In this document: piece by piece, positions 38,000 to 48,851 of the stretch | Layout of the letters: every line of letters begins with the position of its first letter | Position numbering within the stretch: position 1 is the stretch's first letter | NCBI GenBank assembly: GCA_030390025.1 | Contig: CM059432.1 | Span: 132,744,001 to 132,808,000 of the forward strand | Direction of reading: 5' to 3' | DNA length: 64,000 nucleotides | From: Squalus acanthias | Taxonomy: Eukaryota | Program-made: the position numbers and the translations under genes | Notes under the pieces: generated by a model | Database searches by the model: none | Told to the model about the DNA's origin: nothing | What the model saw: only the letters and a program-made list of their open reading frames with translations

Positions 38000-40505
38000 A
38001 ATATTTCACGACTAGTAAAGTTTGGAAATGACTGTAAATAAATAGTGTCCCAATATCTGTTTAAATCTTAACTAAATTGGTTGCTGGCCTATAGTCTGAG
38101 CCTTGTTCTGATGGAGTGTATATTCATCCGGCTACCAAAGACCAGATCGCAGGTCCCACATGATATTTTCCAATAAGTGGAGGACACTGGTAAGAGTTCT
38201 CTGTCTGATAAATATTAGAAAATGAAAAATTGAAAAGGACATGTGGAAGGGCAGGGGTATGGGATTAAGTGTATAGCTGTTTCAGTGAGCCGGCACAGGG
38301 ATGATGTGCTGAATATCCTCCTCCTCTGATGTAAAGTGTCTATGATCCTATGATCCCCGAGTCTCATTTGCTTAGATATTGAGCAGACAAAGATGCACAC
38401 TGCTTCATGACGGACCTTAGGTCTGCTCACGGAATGGCAATTGACACTGAACTCTAACATAAAACCCCCCCAAGAATATAATAGTGCTTACAGAATCTAT
38501 TCATTCCAAACTTGTTGCTCTTGCACTCCTGGTTTTAGATGAATTATAGAGCAATTGCATAATGTTATTGGCCTTTTGCCTCCGCTCCTGAAAGTGTTAC
38601 AGAGATCAGAAACTTGCCATGTGGAAAATCATTGTGATTTGGCACATTGCGGCATCCTGAAAATATCTACCCTTGCTGCATTTGCTGCCCACTTATCACA
38701 ATTTTGCATTGAAAGTCTCAGAAAAAAATGTGATTGCTGGCTTTTGAGCAACAACAAATCACTTGCTGGAACAAATCAGATCAAAAAAAAGACTTGCATT
38801 TCTCTAGCGCCTTTCACGACCACCAGACGTCTCAAAGCACTTTACAGCCAATGAAGTACTTTTTGGAGTGTAGTCACTGTTGCAATGTGGGATACACGGC
38901 AGCCAATTTGCGCACAGCAAGTTCCCGCAAACAGCAATGTGATAATGACCAGATCATCTGTTTTTGTTATGTTGACTGAAGGATAAATATTGGCCAGGAC
39001 ACCGGCAACTCCCCTGCTCTTCTTCGAAATAGTGCCATGGGATCGTTTACATCCACCTGAGAGAGCAGACGGGGCCTCGGTTTAACGTCTCATCCGAAAG
39101 ACGGCACCTCCGACAGTGCAGCACTCCCTCAGCACTGCACTGGGAGTATCAGCCTAGCTTTATGTGCTCAAGTCTCTGGAGTGGGACTTGAACCCACAAC
39201 CTTCTGACTCAGAGGCGAGTGTGCTACCTACTTTTTTTATTTTATTTTTTATTTATTAAACATTAAAAACATTTACAACATCGTGATCATTCCATTGTAT
39301 CATACAAATCCATTCCGCCGCTCAGCACAGCCATTCCTCCACCACATATTAACATCAAAACCTGAAGTTTAATTTGTCTCCCATAGCTATACTAATCTAT
39401 TGTACTTTAAAAATTGAACAGTAATCATGGTTCCGAATAAGGGAAGTGTGCCTGATAATCCCCCCATCATTTAATCTCCGGCCCTTCCCTTCTCTCATGC
39501 TCCTTCCCAACTTTTCGGGCAGCTGTTGCTTTCTCCTGCAGCCTCCGGCTCTTTTTCACCTCCTGTTTGAACCTTCCCTGCAGTTTCAGCCTCTTCCTTA
39601 CATTAGGTTTGGGCCGAGGAGCAGCCCCTTCTCCCTCCTTCTGCCCCTCACTAACCTTTCCCTTTCCACATGATGCCACCCCATCCCCCACTTCCATGTC
39701 TCTGTCCCCCTCTGACTCCTCACTCTCGAGCTCTTCTGTAACCTCCCGTCCCTGCTCCCCGTCAGATACATAATCTCCCTTAGAGAGTCTTCCTGCTATC
39801 ACGGTTTCTCCAGTAGTGTCACTCCCTTCGGCCTCATCTCCACTGTTGACCCTTGCTCCCTGTTTCTTCTCTCTCTGGGACAATGGCGCATCTGCACCTA
39901 TCTTGCTCCCTTCCGACGTCTTTGTCGCTCCACTCCCGTCCTGCTGCCCCTTTAAGGCTCCTGCCTCTTGCACCCTCTCCTTGTCTTGTCCCCTCCTGCT
40001 CCCCGAGATGTCCGACTCCCCGTCTTTCTTTGGAGCACTGACATTTACCCTGCACCCCGCTCCCGCCTCCTCTCCCCCCGCGGACACCAGCTTCTTTAGG
40101 GAGAGCCGAGCCATATTATGGCTCAACTCTGCCCTCGACCTGTACTGTCTTTGTCCTTTTCCACCGTACTTGGTGTGTTTTCCACCATTTCCATCCTGTT
40201 CACTTCTCTGCCTCTTCCTGCGCTCTTTTCTCCTTCCATTCATCAGCTGCGTCCTCCACCTGCTCCGCTCCTCCAGCCGCTCCACTCACACCTCCTGCTC
40301 CTTCTCCCATCTCCCATCTCCTCGTCACTCAAGGGGCTTCCTTCGGCCATACACTCACAGCAGGTAGGGCCTTTGTGACACACCCCACAGCTCTCCGCCT
40401 TGCAGCTCCGAGCAATGTATCCAGACTCGCCGCAGTTATAACAGTAAAAGTCTGGACAGCTTCTTACAAGATGGTCGTGTCCAAGACAATAATAACAAAC
40501 CTTCA

Positions 40506-40944
40506 TAATAACAACAGAAAACGCTGGAAAAACTCAGCAGGCCAGGCAGCATTTATATTTTATTTTATCCACCCTTTTATTTGTCCCCCCCACCTTTTTT
40601 TTCCTCCTAGAAGCTGGCAGCTGTCCTTCATTCTGCCAGTAGATTTCACACTTCATTCAGCCTTAATCTGTCACATTAACACCACCTCTAGCCTTGCATA
40701 TCTCTTAATGTCTCTTAATGTCTCTTCATCTCCTCTTTTGTTCCTTTATCCCCTCCCCCTTTTCCCAGCTTTACCCTGGCCTTAAATCTATTTGATTTCC
40801 AGCTCTTCCCAGTTCTGATGAAAGGTCATCGACCTGAAACGTCAACTCTCTTTCTCTCTCCACGGATGCTGCCTGGCCTGCTGAGTTTTTCCAGCGTTTT
40901 CTGTTGTTATTTCGGATTTCCAGCATCTGCAGTATTTTGCTATC
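40506..40944 (+). mobile_element. Penelope-like P1 insertion with inverted partial 5' repeat
   Basis: 14-bp TSD ataacaaaccttca (40492-40505 / 40945-40958); 40507-40552 is a perfect inverted copy of 40866-40911. Confidence 0.9.
40811..40847 (+). ncRNA. Minimal type-I hammerhead ribozyme motif with GUC cleavage triplet
   Basis: AGTT-CTGATGA-A-AGGTC(atc)GACCT-GAAA-CG-TC-AACT; predicted cut after C40843. Confidence 0.8.
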
Positions 40945-41758
40945 ATAACAAACCTTCACCTGGTTATCATGCAGTACCCGGAAGTACTGCACTCCTTCCA
41001 TTGTCTCAAATTTCATGCTATACGGCAATGACTTCACCCCCTCTGGGAACCGCACCGTTACATAACGGGTTCCATCTGCTATCCACGTTCCTGGATAATA
41101 TCTCCTTTTTATTGCCGAGCAAATTTTAATGTCCCACGACTCCAACTTTTTTATTTGCACATCTTCCTCAATATAAACCGGCAGGTTTAAGAATGAGACC
41201 ACCACCTCTTCAGAATATAGCAGAGTTACCTCCAAGAACTTATCCGAATCTTCAAACTCAGTGTAAGTCTTTCCACCTCCTCTCGGCCACTGACCGTCAC
41301 CTCGAACCCAACATTCAGCTTTGGTCGGCAGGCAAAGCAGCTTCCCTCACCGCAGTCCTCATGTACCGCCTGGATAATATCCCAAGCTCGTATCTCCTTA
41401 TCCTCGCACTGAACCACCACCGTGTTTTCTTTTCCAAACCTCGTGGGATCCCGGCCCAAATCTTTGGGCCTTTTTTTCTCCCTTCCCCCAACATTTTCTC
41501 CCCTGATTAAATTCATCTTGGGAACATTGTCCTCTGAGGGGCCCAGCCCTCCGGGCCCCTCAACAGCCATCTGGCTGCTGTTTAAGGACCAAAAAGGCAC
41601 TAAAACCTGAATAAAAACCCCAAAAACCCAGCAGCAGCTTTTTACAAACTCACTCCAACTCCCTGCAGCAATCAAGCACCCAGCAGCACCTGCTCACTCC
41701 TAGCCCCTCCCACCTAGAGAGTGCTACCCACTGAATCACAGCTGACATAGTTGCCCTA

Positions 41759-42224
41759 TTCAGCTGTGGCTCAGTTGGTAGCACACTCGCCTCTGAGTCA
41801 GAAGGTTGTGGGTTCATAGTCCCACTCCAAGGACTTGACATAAATCTAGGCTGACACTCCAGTGCAGTGCTGAGGGAGTGCTGCACTGTCGGAGTTGCCG
41901 TCTTTCAGATGAGACGTTAAACCGAGGCCCTATCTGCTCTCTCAAGTGGATGTAAAAGATCCCATGGCCGGTATTTTAAAGAAGAGCAGGTGAGTTCTCC
42001 CCGGTGTCCTGGCCAATATTTATCCCTCAACTAACATAACAAAATCAGATTATCTGGTCATTAGCACATTGCTGTTTGTGGGACCTTGCTGTGCAGAAAA
42101 TGGCTGCCGCATTTCCCACATTACAACAGTGACTCCACTTCAAAAGTACTTCATTGGCTGTAAAGCGCTTTGAGATGTCCGGTGGTCGTGAAAGGCGCTA
42201 TATAAATGCAAGTCTTTCTTTCTT
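41759..42224 (+). mobile_element. Full-length SacSINE1-like SINE
   Basis: A box tggctcagttgg, B-box-like gggttcatagtccc, core, tail aaaggcgctatataaatgcaagtctttctttc. Confidence 0.9.
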
Positions 42225-42299
42225 CTATTCATGAGGTGAAATCATAATCTAATCTGCGGTATAATATGTTAGTCGAGAAAGTGCTGTCGATGTGTTCAG

Positions 42300-42645
42300 T
42301 CTGGGCTCAGCTGCACCCTTGCCTCTGAGTCAGATGCTTGTGGGTTCAAATGCTGCTCCAGGACTTGAGCACTTCATCAAGACTGGCATTTCAGTGCAGT
42401 ACTGAGGGAGTGCTGCATTGTTGGAGGTGCTATTTTTCAGATGAGATGTTAACTGAAAGCCCTGCATGTTTGTCCAAATAGACATAAAAAAAACTCATGG
42501 CACTATTTGAAGGAGAGCAGGAAGTTCTTCCAGTGTTGAGGTCAATATTCATCCCTCAGCCAACACTCCAAAAATCGACTTAACTGGTGTGTGCAAATCG
42601 ACTGCTTCAGTTGCCTATGTATCAATAGTGACTGCACTTCCAAAA
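42300..42645 (+). mobile_element. Older SacSINE1-like copy
   Basis: Diverged colinear match to 41759-42140. Confidence 0.75.
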
Positions 42646-44012
42646 GTGACGCAAATCTTTTCTTCCATTCCATATCTAAAAGCTTCTGGAATAATTTATT
42701 TTTGTTGGTTTCTATTGCTGTTTACAGTCTTTGGACAAAACTGTGGGAATTATTCCCTTCATAGTGTGCCAACCAATGAAAAGGACTGTGAGTTGTTAGT
42801 AGGAGCCAGTTCTGTACCTGAAATAGCACTGGGAAGGCATGCCAAATTGCTGCAGAATTTGCTATTGTTGATTGAGAAAAGCCAGATTAACATGGCAGAA
42901 GCTGTGAACTCTTCAGCCAGCACTCTGAGAAAGAAGGCACATACTTTAAGCAACTCATGACCAGCCTCCAGAAATGGGTGTTGCACCAGGCATGGGAAAG
43001 AAGAAGGCCATAACTGTTGGGCACCAGAGTCTCAGATGTGTCTAAAACATATGTAGGGCCCTCACAATGTACAGTCCAGAGGGTCGAGGGCCTCCAGAAT
43101 CCCAGCAGGCTGTCATTGAAACCTTGCAGATAGCTAGCAGACTTACTCCCTTGGAGTCACTTCGAAGGAGTGATAGGTTAGGTGTCACATATCTGAAACA
43201 AAGCACAAGCACCAAGGGGCAGTACCATGCCAATTCAAGCTGTCAAGATGCACACACTACATAAATGAGAAAAATAAATGTCCTGCATGTGACTTGACCA
43301 GTTTTTATTTGTCATTGGTTGCAGTATAGCAGGAACTCCACATAAGCTGGAAATAGAACTGAGCATGAAGGTGTAGGACAAGGTGGTTTGGGCACAGTTA
43401 TTTGGCTGGTGTGGTGTGCCCGTTTAAGAAATGGTGCAACAGTGGCCCTCCTTGGAAGGCATCTGGAGTTATTGGACCAAAAATTCGGCCCTTCCCACGT
43501 GAGTACGTGTACTCACCCGTATTGCTTCCCGAAGTGCCGGTTTCCTGCATGCACTGCGCATGCGCGGGAAACCGGAACTTCCGGTATGGTGAAGGGGGCG
43601 GTTCCTAGGTGAACCGCGTGCGCGCTAGAGGCTGTGCGCACGCAGCACACTTAGATTTTTTTTCAGGTTTCTACGCGAGGGTAAGTATTAAAAATACTAC
43701 GCTAATAAAAAGGAGGCGTAAGACCCCTTTTGAACAAGGTAAGTGGTTAATTAAGTATAATTTAAAAATTTTTCAACAGGTTTATCTTTTTTAGATACTT
43801 TAAAGAAAGGTAAGTTTATTTTTATAACTTTTAAAAAGTATTTAAATTTTTTCAAAAATTGTAATTTTTGTTTAAAGTGGTTAATTTATTTAACTATAGT
43901 TATTTTATAAATGTGATGGATTTAAAAAAAAAATTATTTTAAGTTTAGCTGTTCTTTTGGGGCCGATTTCAATTCACAGATTTGACAGGTCTCCTGTCAA
44001 ATCTATGAATGA

Positions 44013-44485
44013 TTGGGTTTATGTCACGATACATGACGTAGAGTCATCCAGACTTGAGTCGTCGTTGGCTTGTTCACAGATGTGATTCCCAGTAAAAAAG
44101 TAAACATTTTAAAGTTTATCGTTTTCCATACCGACTGCAGCTTTTGACACATTAGACCCCCTGTCACCCCACCTCATTGTCTCAGTTGTATCTTGCTATG
44201 TCTTTGATGTGGTGCCTTCCTGGCTGACCTGATTGCCTTTTGTCACACCTCGGCAGATAAACAGTCAGGAGGATTAAATGTAGTCGTCTGCCATTGTAAG
44301 TTACACATGCATTGTTCTCTATCTATATATGCTTTGTCGATTTTGTATTTCTTCACTTCACCTGACGAAGGAGCAGCCGCTCCGAAAGTTTGTGATTTCA
44401 AATAAAACTGTTGGACTATAACCTGGTGTTGTGCGACTTCTCATTTTTGTCCACCCCAGTCCAACACCGGCATCTCCGCATCATG
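44013..44485 (+). mobile_element. Penelope-like element P2 3' end
   Basis: 14-bp TSD aaatctatgaatga (43999-44012 / 44486-44499); starts with GFMSRYMT*, resembling the end of vertebrate Penelope ORFs; homologous to 4247-4545. Confidence 0.85.
44358..44395 (+). ncRNA. Hammerhead motif, P2 family (stem III palindrome mutated)
   Basis: TCAC-CTGACGA-A-GGAGC(agcc)GCTCC-GAAA-GT-TT-GTGA. Confidence 0.6.
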
Positions 44486-45473
44486 AAATCTATGAATGAA
44501 AGATGGTCTGCTGCCATTGGCTCTCCATGGCCCACGTGATCCCAGGGGTCGCATCGCACTAACTGCGCCCCTGGAACACGCAAGCACTGTGCGCCGGCTC
44601 TTGGGAGAGGCCCAGGACCCGAAGTTCCCGTGGGCCCAAAACACAACGGCAGGCGCGGTGGCTAAGAGCGCGCGATCCTTACCCCCGCGGCAAGCCGGCC
44701 ACGCGAATTTCTGGGCCATTATATTACACAGCAGTCTTGCTTCCTGTATTACTAGTACTGTTGGTAGTTCCTCATTGGCTTTTTCACCCTCTTATTCTGC
44801 CACGCCATCAAGATGCATGCAGGAACCTTTACTTCCAGGTGAAGTCAGGGAGCCTGCAGCAGATGACAATTACTCTGGAAACCTGGGGAGGAGGGTTGGT
44901 TGTAATGTAAAGCTGCCCAGTCTAGACATGTCAGGGCCAGTTTTATGCACTCTATTTCTGCTCAAGTTTGCCGCATGGGTGTCATGAGCCATGTGTACGG
45001 TAGCCTTGGTCTTCCACTTTTATTTCTCTTCACATAAGGGTGGCACAGATGAATGCTTTAGATTGAAGGTTTTGTGAGAACTTCTGGAAAAGCAGCCATT
45101 GAGCTGTATGATTCGGTACTGATAGTCAAATTCCACGCCAACATTGAGATATAAAACTCCCAGCGAGTCATATAGAGTACAGCATTGTGCCCAGAGGTCT
45201 GAACGGCAACATGGGTTTAGTCAATGACCCTCTAGACTTTGGAAAAGCCAGTGGTTCTGTTGAATTGATTTGCCCGCAGACCTTGTTACAATTGATCAGT
45301 AGTTAAAGTGATTAAAACTATTGGTCCTGCTGAATAATACACCTAGGATCTTGATGCATCTTTGGGCAGTGAACTGGCTAATGCTGCAAATGTCCACACT
45401 GCTCACTGGGAATGGACCCAATTCATAAGAATAGAGGAGCACGCTGCTTTGATTGACACCGACAGTGCCATAT

Positions 45474-46290
45474 GGACTTGAGCACAAAATCTAGGCTGGC
45501 ACTCCAGTGCAGTACTGAAGGATTGCTGCACTGTCGGAGATGCCGTCTTCCAGATGAGACGTTAAACTGAGGCCCTCTCAGGTGGATGTAAAAGATCCCA
45601 GGGCACTATTTCGAAGAAGATCAGGGGAGTCCTCCCCAGTGGCCTGGCCAATATTTATCCCTCAACTAACACCTAATAACAGATGATCTGGTCACTATCA
45701 CATTGCTGTTTGTGGGACCTTGCTGTGAGAAAATTGGCTGCCGCATCTCCTACTGTATTGGGAACAGTAGCATAGTGGTTATGTTACTAGACTAGTAATC
45801 CAGAGGCGTGGACTAATGATCTGGAGACATGAGTTTGAATCCCACCATGGCAGCTGGGGAATTTAAATTCAATTAAACAAATCTGAAGTAAAAAACTAGT
45901 ATCAGTAATAGTGACCATGAAACTACCGGATTGTCATAAAAACCCATCTGGTTCACTAATGTCCTTTAGGGAAGGAAATCTGCCGCCCTTACCTGGTCTG
46001 GCCTATATGTGACTCCAGACCCACAGCAATGTGGTTGACTCTGAACTGCCCTCTGAATTGGCCTAATAAGTCACTCAGTTTTATTTAAGAAGGCGGCTCA
46101 CCACCACCTTCTCGAGGGCAATTAGGGATGGGCAATAAATGCCGGCCTTGCCAGCGACGCCCACATCCCATGAATGAATTTAAAAAATGACAACAGTGTC
46201 TACACTTCCAAAAAAAGTACTTCATTGGCTGCAAAGCGCCTTGGGACGTCCTGAGGTCGTGAAAGGCGCCCCTTAAATGCAAGTTCTGTC
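45474..46290 (+). mobile_element. SacSINE1-like SINE interrupted by a second SINE family
   Basis: SINE body 45474-45754 resumes near 46190 (acaacagtgtctacacttc). Confidence 0.85.
45760..46187 (+). mobile_element. tRNA-derived SINE with LINE family B tail
   Basis: A box tagcatagtgg, B-box-like gtttgaatccc; last ~100 nt match 8965-9066. Confidence 0.8.
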
Positions 46291-47049
46291 TTTTTGACCT
46301 GGATTTTCTACTTCTCTGTTTGCCAACTCACAATTTTCTGCCTGTTAAAAGGAATGGAGAGAAAACATTGTGGGCGACGAGTGCAGAAGCAAAAAATCCT
46401 GGCTGTTGTAAATTGTGCGGAGGTCTTTGTGAAGGAAATGGCACAGCTCTTTCGATGTCTTTCTGCTAAATGTCAGCTTTCTTGGACACATCTCTACTCT
46501 CATTATCAGGTGGCTGAGCCAGGAGACTCCCTGTGTAACAGAGTGGCAGGACATGACCATATGCCACATGTGCCATCTGACATCACAAACAGTCTTTTGT
46601 GTTCTTGTATCTTTTCCTGTGCCCGATCCAATGCTGTGGAAGAACTGCCTGTAGTCACAGCAGTGGCCAGCAACCTAAAAAGTGGAAAGAAAATATAAAT
46701 CTACTTACCTTTTAAATGAAGATTCCAGCTTTCTCCCTGCAGTATCTCTCTCTTAACACAATATAGGGTGAGTCCCCCTTAAGTACTTAGTCTGGCCCCT
46801 TAATTCATAGATTGTACAAGTTGAGTGCAGTAGAGCTTATCTTTGCTTTTTGCACTTCAGCACAGTTGTTGAGGTTGGGAAACATATGCTACCTGAGTGT
46901 CATACTCTACACCTAACATTGCTGTCCCAATCACTCAACTATTGCTGGCAGAATCCTTTGTGCCAGCACAAATTTCTGGGCTGTAGGAGCACTAATTATA
47001 AAGAAAAGATCTTTGTAAGTTTGTCTTTTAAGGTTATTGCATATTATTT

Positions 47050-47240
47050 ATAACACAGAAACAGGCTGTTCGGCCCAACAGGTCCATGCCAATGTTTATG
47101 CTCCAAACAGGCCTCCTCCCACCTCACTTGATCTCACCCTACAAATATACGCTTCTATTCCTTTCTCCCTCATGTGTTTATCTAGCTTCCCCTGAAATGC
47201 ATCTATGCTATTCGTCTGAACTAATTCATGTGGTAGCAAG
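47050..47240 (-). mobile_element. CR1 family C 3' end
   Basis: Matches 19140-19283 plus 20272-20320. Confidence 0.8.
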
Positions 47241-47884
47241 TACTTATAAAATCTTCAATTTTCTTCTTCTTGGTCTCCCTAGGTTATGCAAACTTTTGCA
47301 CCCGAGAGGATGAGTGAGGGACCTGTTCTCAGCCACTCTCTGAGATATGCCTGGCCAGCGACTAGGAGGTGCATGAGAGTGACTTGTGAAAGAGTTGCCC
47401 TGTGGGAAGAGCATTTCAGAGTCGCTGAATCTTTGGGGAAATTGGAGCTCAGTTAATGACCCCACTCTAGATCTCCTAAGGGGATCTCCTACACTGTAGA
47501 GAGAAATTCATTCATGCTGTCTGGTGTGATGAGGGAAATGGGCCCAGTTAATGCTTGGCAACTGGCCAATCTGGCATGGAGTTTTTTTTTACCTTTTCCT
47601 CAGCTCCCCAAACAACTATTTCCCATTAGAATGCATTGTTAAAGTTCACAGATTTGATTCTGTCTCTAAAATTCACAATGATTAATGTGGCATTTGACAC
47701 TACACTGGTATGCACAAGTCTATTCTACTTTGAGTTATAAGAATTAGTCAACCTATGATTAAATGAAGATATCCTCAAAAGGTGATAACTGCATTGAAAT
47801 TATGAATCTGTGAATTAAGGAAAAAAAATAGCTGATAATGGAAAAGTATCTGATTTAATCCCATAACTGTTTGCCATTTATAGG

Positions 47885-48851
47885 AATACAACACTGGAAA
47901 GTGTGAGGTGATGCACTTTGGCAGGAAAAATCCTAGAGCAATTTATTATCTTAATGGCAAGAAACTGGAGAGTACTGAAGTGCAAAGGGATCTGGGGGTC
48001 CTGGTGCACGAAACTCAAAAGGTTAGTATGCAGGTGCAGCAAGTGATTAAGAAGGCAAATGGAATGTTGGCTTTCATTGCTAGGGGGATAGAATATAAAA
48101 ATAGGGAGGTATTGCTTCAGTTGTACAAGGTATTGGTGAGACCGCACCTGGAATACTGCATACAGTTTTGGTGTCCTTACTTAAGGAAAGACATCCTTGC
48201 TCTCGAGGCAGTGCAAAAAGGTTCACTCGGTTAATCCCGGGGATGAGGGGGTGGTCATATGAGGAGAGGTTGGGTAGATTGGGACTCTACTCATTGGAGT
48301 TCAGAAGAATGAGAGGCGATCTTATTGAAACATATAAGATTGTGAAGGGGTTGGATCGGGTGGATGCGGGGAGGATGTTCCCGATGACGGGTGAGACGAG
48401 AACTAGGGGACATAGTCTTAGAATAAGGGGCTGCTCTTTCAAAACTGAGATGAGGAGGAACTACTTCACTCAGAGGGTGGTAGGTCCATGGAATATGCTG
48501 CCACAAAAAGCTGTAGAAGCTACAACATTAATTAAATTTAAAACAGAAATAGACAGTTTCCTAGAAGTAAAGGGCATTAAGGGTTACGGGGAGCGGGCAG
48601 GAATTTGGACATGAGTCTAGGTTCGGATCGGTCATGGCCCTGTGGGTAGTGGAGCGGGCCCAGGGACTGTGTAGCCTGATTCTGCTCCTATTTCGTGTGT
48701 GCAATTCTGTTAGATGCAGGAGATGGTTCTGTGATAGATAGTAGATTGGCGGTTAGGATCAGATCAGCCATGATCTTATTGAATGGCGGAGCAGGCTCGA
48801 GGGGCCGATTGGCCTACTCCTGCTCCTATTTCTTATGTTCTTATGTTCTTA
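47885..48851 (+). mobile_element. 5'-truncated CR1 with extended 3' UTR
   Basis: KCEVMHFG, QRDLGV, LVRPHLEYC, RGDLIETYKI; (ttcttatg)n tail. Confidence 0.92.

Larger units (their letters stand above)
39467..41570 (-). pseudogene. Tx1-type ORF1 (gag-like, CCHC zinc knuckles, charged C-terminus)
   Basis: FACRPK..FEVTV; VVSFLNLPVYI..IKRRYYPGTWIADGTRYV..SLPYS..YFRVLHDNQVKVCYYCLGHDHLVRSCPDFYCYNCGESGYIARSC after removing the insert; two frameshifts. Confidence 0.85.
39232..41716 (-). mobile_element. ORF1-only Tx1/L1-clade non-LTR retroelement (HAL1-like)
   Basis: TSD 39217-39231 / 41717-41731 (13/15 identical); 5' UTR, ORF1, ~235-nt 3' region with AATAAA and A-rich tail; no endonuclease or RT sequence. 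Confidence 0.85.
38790..41747 (-). mobile_element. SacSINE1-like SINE (38790-39231 and 41717-41747) split by the Tx1-type element
   Basis: tRNA-derived head, Deu-domain-like core, L2-like tail; halves rejoin at the TSD. Confidence 0.88.
43474..44717. mobile_element. Non-autonomous Harbinger element, family B, with nested Penelope-like insert
   Basis: TIR ggaccaaaaattcg / cgaatttctgggcc; TSD ATT. Confidence 0.88.

Noticed and set aside
39467..41570. Host ZCCHC3-like gene or retroviral gag
   Set aside because: A-tail and 15-bp TSD, no LTRs or pol, broken frame; motifs fit Tx1 ORF1.
41759..41835. tRNA gene
   Set aside because: A/B boxes run directly into SINE body; these are tRNA-derived SINE heads (also 26340-26410, 45760-45850).
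42589..43264. Candidate host exons (123-aa ORF; 46-nt minus-strand AG/GT-bounded segment 43148-43193)
   Set aside because: No recognisable protein similarity and no consistent exon chain; the ORF starts inside a SINE.
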